From positions 4,761-68,760 of IMG/VR virus record IMGVR_UViG_3300032894_000334: DNA of 64,000 nt; one strand, given 5' to 3'. The DNA comes from a virus (Duplodnaviria > Caudoviricetes). Below, piece after piece: positions 46,869 to 53,232 of the stretch; position 1 is the stretch's first letter; the number at the start of each line of letters is the position of its first letter. The position numbers and the translations under genes are program-made. A model generated the notes under the pieces. It ran no database searches and was not told the origin of the DNA. It saw nothing but the letters and a program-made list of their open reading frames with translations.

Positions 46869-47563
46869 TCAACTCCCCATCCTTTCAGGACTTCGTGCAT
46901 CCGGACCACTTTTTCATCATTCGGGATCGTGTACTGATGCCAGAGAAAGCCTGGGTTTTCTCCGAGCCCGACTCTTTTTTGTATCTCCATGATGGTCGTG
47001 TACTTCAGGCCGTATTTGGCGATGTTGCGGCTCAGGGTGTAGTCGTCGATCAGGTGCGGGCCGTCGACCACGGTCTTCAGCTCCTGGACCGTTGCGTGGA
47101 TATTTTTTTGCGCTTCCTCCATGGTGAGATCATCCAGCGGGTGCCAGAGCTCGATGCACCAGTCGCTCGCTATGGCGAACCAGTTGCAGGACCCGATATT
47201 CCTGCCGTCCCGCCAGAAGAAGCGGTCATAACTCCACCGGATAGAGGCCATATCGACGCCGTTATGAGCGACAGTGTCCTTTGGCAGATGATTGGTCACA
47301 TCGAAGAAATCCGGATGAATCAGAGTGTCCGAGTCGATATAGATGTTCCAATCATTGCCCATCTCCTTGGATAGGTCATAGATCTGGAGCTTCTCGTAGA
47401 CCGGAGGAAAGTCCGGAAACTTCCGGTCCTTGATCGTGTAGAAATCCGCCCCGATCTTGGCCGCGTAGTGCTTGAGAAGCGGGTAAGTGACGTCGCATAT
47501 CTCCGGGGCATAGTTGTCTACCCGGAGGGTGAAGATCGTTTTCTTGAGAGGTTTTTGCCACAT
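46865..47563 (-). CDS. GT-A fold glycosyltransferase
   Basis: YAAKIGADF, YEKLQIY, DXD motif IYIDSDTLI, NIGSCNWF. Confidence 0.75.
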   Translation of the reverse strand: MWQKPLKKTIFTLRVDNYAPEICDVTYPLLKHYAAKIGADFYTIKDRKFPDFPPVYEKLQIYDLSKEMGNDWNIYIDSDTLIHPDFFDVTNHLPKDTVAHNGVDMASIRWSYDRFFWRDGRNIGSCNWFAIASDWCIELWHPLDDLTMEEAQKNIHATVQELKTVVDGPHLIDDYTLSRNIAKYGLKYTTIMEIQKRVGLGENPGFLWHQYTIPNDEKVVRMHEVLKGWGVE

Positions 47564-47567
47564 AAAG

Positions 47568-48422
47568 TTAGCTTACCTTCCAGTAATCAGATTCGGTTGA
47601 AAGTTTCGCTTCAAGTTGATATTGAGTTGCAGCCGGATCGCCAATCGCGTTCACTATGAATCTTACCCTGAGGTTCGTGTCGAGTGGAGCGGTGATATTC
47701 GTGTCTTGTGCCTCCGCAAAGGTCGCGCCTGCCTCATCTCCATCATCGTTTCGAAAGCGAAAGCCTTCCTGGTCTAAGAGTACGGCTGGAATCAAGGAAA
47801 TAGCAATACAGCCGCCATCACTTGTCCCTCCTGAGTATTCACCTGAAACTGTTTCACTAGCCCCATCAGCAGTCATCTCCGCCAGTGAAAGGAGAGATGA
47901 AACATCATCATAACAGTCAACAACGCCAGTGCAGTTAGTCCAAGTACATGCTGTAACACCGGCATAATACTGCTCCACCATTACAACTACTTTGTCCCCA
48001 GAGACAGTCGTTACAGTTCTGGATGGCACCGATGCTCCATTTAATCCAGACGAGTCCCGGACACTACCTACCCCCTTGTAAGCCATCCAAGCAAACTGAT
48101 GTTCATTTGTTGAGGCCGCAAAAGTCCAATCAACTCGAACTGTACCTGTAGGTGGATCGTAGAACACCCACGCCGCACCTTGAAACATCGTAGAGTCAGA
48201 ATCACAACCACCTACCTCGACATCAGGACTAATCGTGTTGCTTTCCAGCTTAACTCCATTAGTGCCACTAGTACAACCATCAGCAGTGCCATTGAACGTA
48301 CTTACAAAAATAATCAGGCAGTCTGTGTCTGATGGCACGGAGATGTTGAAGTTCCCCGTTGTAGCTGCGCTACCAGGATCTACATCACCATACCAGGTTC
48401 CTGATGCGTGTTCTATTGTCAT
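47568..48422 (-). CDS. Beta-rich virion structural-type protein
   Basis: T/S/G-rich; C-terminal DQEGFRFRNDDG...YQLE. Confidence 0.6.
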   Translation of the reverse strand: MTIEHASGTWYGDVDPGSAATTGNFNISVPSDTDCLIIFVSTFNGTADGCTSGTNGVKLESNTISPDVEVGGCDSDSTMFQGAAWVFYDPPTGTVRVDWTFAASTNEHQFAWMAYKGVGSVRDSSGLNGASVPSRTVTTVSGDKVVVMVEQYYAGVTACTWTNCTGVVDCYDDVSSLLSLAEMTADGASETVSGEYSGGTSDGGCIAISLIPAVLLDQEGFRFRNDDGDEAGATFAEAQDTNITAPLDTNLRVRFIVNAIGDPAATQYQLEAKLSTESDYWKVS

Positions 48423-48424
48423 GC

Positions 48425-48805
48425 TCAGCTCGGCTGATTAAAATCGATGTTCCAGGCATTGATCTGGATCGGGTTGCCGGTCGTAACTACCTGCGAGCCG
48501 CAGGTCGTTACGTACTTCAGGGTCGTGTTCCCCGAGATCCCCAAGGCCACATGCGCTGCAGTGCCGTTGGCAGTCGCATTGTTGCCGGTTCTCTGGTTCG
48601 GCGTAATCCTGCGGCTGTTCGCGGCGTTCCCCGCACCAGGCCCCGTGTAGTTACCTGAGTTCATGGAGTAGGTGCAAAGGTTCAAGGTCGCGTTCGCATC
48701 CGTCCAGTTCGCAGGCTGGGTCGAGCAGAGGAATTCTCTATCACAGTTGTTCTTGATGTAGTTCAAGGACGCATCTAACACATCGGCATCACACCATTTG
48801 GCCAT
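48425..48805 (-). CDS. Small Asn-rich virion structural-type protein with 6 N-X-T sequons
   Basis: DVLDASLNYI...CSTQP...AAHVAL...YVTT pattern; 19 Asn in 126 aa. Confidence 0.65.
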   Translation of the reverse strand: MAKWCDADVLDASLNYIKNNCDREFLCSTQPANWTDANATLNLCTYSMNSGNYTGPGAGNAANSRRITPNQRTGNNATANGTAAHVALGISGNTTLKYVTTCGSQVVTTGNPIQINAWNIDFNQPS

Positions 48806-48929
48806 TTTCTTTGTCCTCCTTTTCTTCTTTTTGGATAACCGGATCCGGGACGGTGATGTCCCTGATCTTGATCGTCAGATCATCCGGCTGGATGATTATC
48901 GTTTTGGGACTTTCGTATTCATCGGTCAT
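48789..48929 (-). CDS. Small ORF (46 aa)
   Basis: Hand translation MTDEYESPKTIIIQPDDLTIKIRDITVPDP...; SD AAAGGAG. Confidence 0.5.
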   Translation of the reverse strand: MTDEYESPKTIIIQPDDLTIKIRDITVPDPVIQKEEKEDKENGQMV

Positions 48930-48941
48930 TTTTTATCTCCT

Positions 48942-49178
48942 TTACCAACCTAATGTCAGGCGATTGTCCCACGCGCCAACAAGCGGCCCTTGGATTTTAA
49001 CGCATTGTTCTCCATCCCAGGTGTATTTGAATATATACCAGGCAGGGTCGCTCGACAGTGCAGTGGGGGAAGAATGGTGGCCTATAAAATCTACTTGGCT
49101 GGCTCCGGTGACACCGGTTGACCACTCAAGTAGTTTTTGAAGGCTAGAGAATTGCCAGTTGAAATGTGGTCCAGGCAT
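48942..49178 (-). CDS. Small phage protein
   Basis: SDPAWYIFKYTW...AWDNR motif; SD AGGAG. Confidence 0.6.
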   Translation of the reverse strand: MPGPHFNWQFSSLQKLLEWSTGVTGASQVDFIGHHSSPTALSSDPAWYIFKYTWDGEQCVKIQGPLVGAWDNRLTLGW

Positions 49179-49221
49179 AACTCCTGTAAGTCCACTTTTT
49201 CAGAGTGTTGTCAAGGAGTTT

Positions 49222-50061
49222 TCAAAGGGTCTTGCCCATGCCTTGCCATTGGGAACACTCTCGGCATATTTTATCAGGGTACTTCTCTCGGATGGATTTT
49301 ATCTGCGGACTTTCGAGAATATCCTTGAGGCTCATGTTGATCGCGCTTAATCCGGGGATCGGATCCCAAACATAACAGCACCGGCTGACACTTCCATCCC
49401 AGGCGATAACCAGGTCCGTGTCGAGTCGGCTGCACCAGGCCTGCTCTTTCTTTGGCAGATACCCAAGACCAATGGAGCCCCACTTTCCATTTCTCGTGTG
49501 CGGCTCGTAGATCCGGACCTCGTCGGCAATCTTAAGTTGCTTCGCCAGGACTCCGGTCTTTTCGCCGTCTACCATGGTAGCGCATACGTGAATCCTTGGT
49601 TTAAACAGCTTTCTCGCGGCTAATATGGCGGTTAATCCCTGCCAGGAAAGGGAGTTGTGTATGCTCACGCTGACCACTTCAGCAGCCATGAACCCGGACA
49701 TTTTTCCCGCAAGTAGTAATCCGTTCGTGGCTATTATGACCTTCCCGGACACGCTTGAAGCAAACACCATACAGGATTCGAACTCTGGATGTAGGCTTGA
49801 CTCTCCTCTCCAGAAAGGCAGAATCCTCGTGCCCCCCCCAAGCTGGCAAACCAAATGCTGGAAGAACGCTTTGGGCATCTTCCCGAGCCGCATGGGGAAG
49901 TAATTCCTTGGACACATTTTACACTTGAGCTGGCACTCGTTCGTCAGCTCGAGTGTTACCCGGCGCTGGCCGAGCGGGAGTCCTTCGCGCCTAGTTTGAA
50001 CCACAACATCGTTCCGCAAACGTGGCATACCTTCGCCCCTTCCAGATACGCAATCCGGCAT
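49222..50061 (-). CDS. Radical SAM protein with SPASM/twitch domain
   Basis: CQLKCKMC; RGESSLHP; CSRL...IAWDGSVSRCC...CRECS. Start uncertain. Confidence 0.88.
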   Translation of the reverse strand: MPDCVSGRGEGMPRLRNDVVVQTRREGLPLGQRRVTLELTNECQLKCKMCPRNYFPMRLGKMPKAFFQHLVCQLGGGTRILPFWRGESSLHPEFESCMVFASSVSGKVIIATNGLLLAGKMSGFMAAEVVSVSIHNSLSWQGLTAILAARKLFKPRIHVCATMVDGEKTGVLAKQLKIADEVRIYEPHTRNGKWGSIGLGYLPKKEQAWCSRLDTDLVIAWDGSVSRCCYVWDPIPGLSAINMSLKDILESPQIKSIREKYPDKICRECSQWQGMGKTL

Positions 50062-50147
50062 TCGTCGCAGTAAGGATGCCCCTTCTTAATCAGGCTATCC
50101 AGGATCCATTCCGCCAGGATCGTCATTTTTTCTTGGTTCATTTGCAT
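49956..50147 (-). CDS. Small Zn-finger hypothetical protein
   Basis: CDEC...CHVC; probable start MTILAEW. Confidence 0.45.
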   Translation of the reverse strand: MQMNQEKMTILAEWILDSLIKKGHPYCDECRIAYLEGAKVCHVCGTMLWFKLGAKDSRSASAG

Positions 50148-50241
50148 AAAGCACGGCGTAAACGATCAGCAGCACCAGGACCACCACCGAAAGGGCGATC
50201 ATGGCTAATATCTCAATGACGGCTTTTAAAAATCTGATCAT
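50095..50241 (-). CDS. Small single-TM peptide (48 aa)
   Basis: Hand translation MIRFLKAVIEILAMIALSVVVLVLLIVYAVLY...; ATGA overlap with the XRE gene. Confidence 0.5.
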   Translation of the reverse strand: MIRFLKAVIEILAMIALSVVVLVLLIVYAVLYANEPRKNDDPGGMDPG

Positions 50242-50453
50242 GCATCGGGCCAAAGTTGGGGTACGGGAATATGTAGCGTTGAAGCAATCGCCTTCATCTC
50301 GTCCGGGGTTGGGTTGATCCGCTTGGAGATGATCTTACTCATCGTCCCTTGGTCAATCCCGGTCGACTCGGCAACCGCTTTTTGCGTCAGACCCGATTCC
50401 TTAATGGCCCGATGCAAGGCGTAGTTGAAGGTTTCTTTGTTGGGCAGCTTCAT
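50238..50453 (-). CDS. XRE-family HTH regulator
   Basis: AIKESGLTQKAVAESTGIDQGTMSKII; ATG 50453 overlaps the upstream stop. Confidence 0.85.
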   Translation of the reverse strand: MKLPNKETFNYALHRAIKESGLTQKAVAESTGIDQGTMSKIISKRINPTPDEMKAIASTLHIPVPQLWPDA

Positions 50454-50665
50454 TTCCACCAGGGCTTTCTGGTAAACCAATGGTACGACCGGGGCAGGGC
50501 AACGTCCAGCTGCGAACACCAGCCGCGGATCAGTGTTTCAGATACTCCGAGCTTATCCGCTATCGCTTTCGGGCTGTTGGCCGGCAGAAGAATAATCAGG
50601 ATATCTTTCACCGAGTCCAGGTCGCTTAATGCGCTAAGCTCATGGGACCGGTTCATCACTTTCAC
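50450..50665 (-). CDS. Small HTH protein
   Basis: SPKAIADKLGVSETLIRGW; probable GTG start 50665 after AGGAG. Confidence 0.55.
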   Translation of the reverse strand: MKVMNRSHELSALSDLDSVKDILIILLPANSPKAIADKLGVSETLIRGWCSQLDVALPRSYHWFTRKPWWK

Positions 50666-50745
50666 GTAAACCGCACTCCTTCTTTGCCAGGCCGTTTGAT
50701 TCAAGCCATGGAATAAAGGGGCGTCTTTTTCATGAAAGATTCCTG

Positions 50746-50774
50746 TTGACATTCCTGAAATCATCCGCTACGGT
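50746..50774 (+). promoter_or_regulatory. Sigma70-like promoter (plus strand)
   Basis: TTGACA (50746-50751) - N17 - TACGGT (50769-50774). Confidence 0.55.
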
Positions 50775-50780
50775 ACAGGC

Positions 50781-50853
50781 TCATTCCCTCTCTATCCCAG
50801 GAGAAGCGGATCCCAGAAAAGGCCGGACCCTCATCACCGGCCTTTTCCTTTTT
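50781..50853 (+). ncRNA. Candidate ~70-nt small RNA
   Basis: Bounded by the promoter above and a hairpin plus T-tract; no ORF; CU-rich. Confidence 0.4.
50817..50853. terminator. Bidirectional intrinsic terminator
   Basis: AAAAGGCCGG-ACCCTCATCA-CCGGCCTTTT followed by CCTTTTT; abuts the stop of 50852-51061. Confidence 0.75.
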
Positions 50854-51061
50854 ACTCGTTCCGCGCGATCGAAGCGTTCGCGCAGTAGACAACATCGTCC
50901 AAGTGCGTGAAAGCCAGGGATCGCTCCCGGCTATCTGGACACACGGCGTTTATCAGCTTAGCGAACTCCAGAGCTCGGTCCCGGATCTGTCTGTAACGGT
51001 CGATCTGGTCGTTCTTCGGCGCGTGATAAGTGTACCTCTTGATTAATTCCGCTTCTTCCAT
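50852..51061 (-). CDS. Acb2/Tad1-like helical-hairpin protein (candidate immune-signal sponge)
   Basis: YTYHAP...Q...Y..IR...A..I...CPDSRERSLAFTHL...CANASIAR. Confidence 0.65.
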   Translation of the reverse strand: MEEAELIKRYTYHAPKNDQIDRYRQIRDRALEFAKLINAVCPDSRERSLAFTHLDDVVYCANASIARNE

Positions 51062-51100
51062 AATTCAATCAATCCTCCTCGGTGTTCCACGTGGAACATT

Positions 51101-51808
51101 CTATAACAGGGTTTTTGGAATGAAAATCTCCTTCCACATCAGCATCTTACCATAGCCATGCTCCCGGCTCACTCTGTCCATGATGTAGTGTAGGTAAAAC
51201 AGGTCCCTGGGTTTTATGCCGCCAGAGTTGACGATCTCGCTGTACATCCGGTTGTAAAGCTCCTGGGTGTCGAAGGCGAACAGGTCTATGCCGTCGACCG
51301 CCCTGACCTGCTTGCCTTCCGTTACAACCCTCCCGTAAAAGTCGGCTCCAAGTTCGATCGCAAGATCGATGTAGTGGATGAACAGGTTAAAGAACATTCC
51401 TCCGGTCAGCCGCGGGTCCCCTTTCCAGGTGTCGAAGTAAGCGAAGTCCCTGACCATCACCACATGAACCTCATTGGCCTTCGCCGGTAGATCAGCAAAC
51501 CGGTACTGGAGCGTCACGCTCACTCGGTCATCGTCGATCAACGGCTCCCAAGGCATACAAAGCGGCTTCTCGCAAATGACACGGCCATACCCGGCAGCCA
51601 GGAGTTCCTTGGTGTACTGTCTATGGGTGTCGGACGGTGAGGCCACCACCGCGAAATCCGTTGGAGGCCCGGGCAGGACTATCTTCGGGAAAGGCACGGA
51701 GTAATAATCCTTCGGATCGTACGACCAATCAATCGTGCCGCCTACCGACTTGATCGCCGCGCTATGAAACTTCGCCGCGTAACCGTCACCAATGAGACTG
51801 AAATTCAT
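51101..51808 (-). CDS. wbpB: Gfo/Idh/MocA oxidoreductase, WbpB/WlbA-like UDP-GlcNAcA 3-dehydrogenase
   Basis: NFSLIG.GY, VICEKPL, LQYR, WKGDPR, N...H..D, as in P. aeruginosa WbpB. Confidence 0.75.
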   Translation of the reverse strand: MNFSLIGDGYAAKFHSAAIKSVGGTIDWSYDPKDYYSVPFPKIVLPGPPTDFAVVASPSDTHRQYTKELLAAGYGRVICEKPLCMPWEPLIDDDRVSVTLQYRFADLPAKANEVHVVMVRDFAYFDTWKGDPRLTGGMFFNLFIHYIDLAIELGADFYGRVVTEGKQVRAVDGIDLFAFDTQELYNRMYSEIVNSGGIKPRDLFYLHYIMDRVSREHGYGKMLMWKEIFIPKTLL

Positions 51809-52157
51809 AAGCTGGACTTCCTTTCACCTTCGCCCCGGCCGGGACGTCATTGGTCACCAATGCGCCTGCAGCCACCTTACAGCCGGCGCCCAGCCGGACC
51901 CCCGGCAAGATGATCGCCCCGCCGCCAATTACCACATCATCCTCGACAATGGTTCTAGGGTGGCCCCTCCAGGCCCCATGACTCGGTGGGTACTTATCGT
52001 TCAAGAAGCAGGCGTGAGGCCCTACAAAGACTCTATTCCCGATCAAAATATTATCGGGGATGAAAGCAAACGGCTGAATCCGGCAATCATCCCCGATCTC
52101 CGCGAAGTGTCCGATGAACGTGTGGTCATGAACTTTGGTCCGTTCTCCAATCAGCAT
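51786..52157 (-). CDS. Hexapeptide-repeat sugar N-acyltransferase (WbpD/FdtC-like)
   Basis: IGDDCRIQ, IGNRVFVGPHACFLND, IGGGAIILPGVRLG, GALVTNDVP. Confidence 0.85.
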   Translation of the reverse strand: MLIGERTKVHDHTFIGHFAEIGDDCRIQPFAFIPDNILIGNRVFVGPHACFLNDKYPPSHGAWRGHPRTIVEDDVVIGGGAIILPGVRLGAGCKVAAGALVTNDVPAGAKVKGSPAYEFQSHW

Positions 52158-52183
52158 GGTCTCGGTTTACCTTTCTTTCCCAT
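52151..52183 (-). other. 10-codon leader ORF (MGKKGKPRPC) coupled to the acyltransferase
   Basis: SD AAAGGAGGT 7 nt before ATG 52183; its TGA overlaps ATG 52157 (ATGCTGA). Confidence 0.55.
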
Positions 52184-52200
52184 AAGGCACACCTCCTTTC

Positions 52201-52264
52201 AAAAGAAAAAAAGGCCGGGGAAGTTAGTCGCCACCCACACGGTTTTCGCTTCTCTCCCGGCCTT
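52201..52264 (-). terminator. Intrinsic terminator directly upstream of an RBS (attenuator candidate)
   Basis: AAGGCCGGG..GAAG / CTTC-CCCGGCCTT stem followed on the minus strand by T8-C-T4. Confidence 0.7.
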
Positions 52265-52339
52265 CCCTTCCTGGTGGCCGCATGTTGAAACTGCCAACTT
52301 TTTAAGGCCTTGCCAGAAGTTCTTGATCCCTGAGAAAGC

Positions 52340-52368
52340 ACTTTATACTGTTGGCAACTAATTGTCAA
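52340..52368 (-). promoter_or_regulatory. Sigma70-like promoter
   Basis: TTGACA (52368-52363) - N17 - TAAAGT (52345-52340). Confidence 0.6.
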
Positions 52369-52436
52369 GATAATTCTTCAAGGTCGTGAAAAAAAGTCAT
52401 GATCACTCAACTGCACCCTGATCACGGCGCTCTCCC

Positions 52437-52691
52437 TTAATTATCCCACGCCCCTAGCTGCTTGAGAAATGCCGAATACTTTTCCCCGCAGTCGCCACAT
52501 AGTTTTCTTGCGTATCTGTGCCAGAAAGGATAACGACCAACATAGGTATTCACCCCACACCCGCAACAGATCGTTCCAACTCTATTTTTCAAAAAATCTT
52601 CATCTGATTTCAGCATTTGTTCCAGAAAAGAAATAACCACTGGTACTTGCATCATGTCCCTACCCATCCTTCCCACGGAACTTGTCCGCAA
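52437..52691 (-). CDS. Zn-finger hypothetical protein
   Basis: CCGCG...CGDCG. Confidence 0.55.
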   Translation of the reverse strand: MRTSSVGRMGRDMMQVPVVISFLEQMLKSDEDFLKNRVGTICCGCGVNTYVGRYPFWHRYARKLCGDCGEKYSAFLKQLGAWDN

Positions 52692-52899
52692 CCGGGCACG
52701 TCACCCAATGAGACTCGTACACCTTCACCACCTCCGCTAAAGGTCGTCCTCCACCCATCGCCCTCGTCTGCTCATTCTCCACCAGCCTCACCATCTGCTT
52801 CGCCTTCGCGTCCAAAATCATCCACTTCCCAGACTTCTGCATCCTCACCCACACCACATCAGCTCCACAACCTGTACACTTCTTTTTCTCATCTACCAT
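52660..52899 (-). CDS. Zn-finger hypothetical protein
   Basis: CTGCGADVVW...HWVTCP; probable start 52899 after GAGGAGG. Confidence 0.65.
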   Translation of the reverse strand: MVDEKKKCTGCGADVVWVRMQKSGKWMILDAKAKQMVRLVENEQTRAMGGGRPLAEVVKVYESHWVTCPVADKFRGKDG

Positions 52900-52962
52900 C
52901 TCATCTACCTCCTCGTAATGTCCAGGTACCATATCCCAAAACTCAATCACTTCCTCCATCTC

Positions 52963-52991
52963 ATTATCCTTTCTTGGAAATAAATTGTCAA
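52963..52991 (-). promoter_or_regulatory. Near-consensus sigma70 promoter
   Basis: TTGACA (52991-52986) - N17 - GATAAT (52968-52963). Confidence 0.7.
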
Positions 52992-53232
52992 CATTAAACT
53001 CGTGGCCAGGAATAGCCGGGGATGGTTAGGGTATCCCGGGGGCCTGGGAGTCACTCCCGCCTTTTGCCTTTTTGCCTTCTTCATCGTTTTTCCTGCATAC
53101 TCCCCGCGATCCTAGCCACCAGGAGCACGGGTGAGGACGCGCTACCAGCTCCAAAGACAAGCACCGGCGCACCTGGAGCACCAACAGCTTTTCGTCTTTT
53201 ATAATAATCTCGCATACTTACGTCATGACTTC

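Noticed and set aside
49774-49783. GGATTCGAAC (T-loop-like) as part of a tRNA
   Set aside because: It lies inside the radical SAM CDS (HPEFES) and no cloverleaf can be built.
52227-52291. GTCGCCACCCACACGG ... GGTGGCCGCATGTTGAAAC resembles the two halves of a type I-C CRISPR repeat (solitary repeat/Rac idea)
   Set aside because: The halves are separated by 30 nt, occur once, and lie on the strand opposite the local promoter. They are better explained by the leader/terminator structure.
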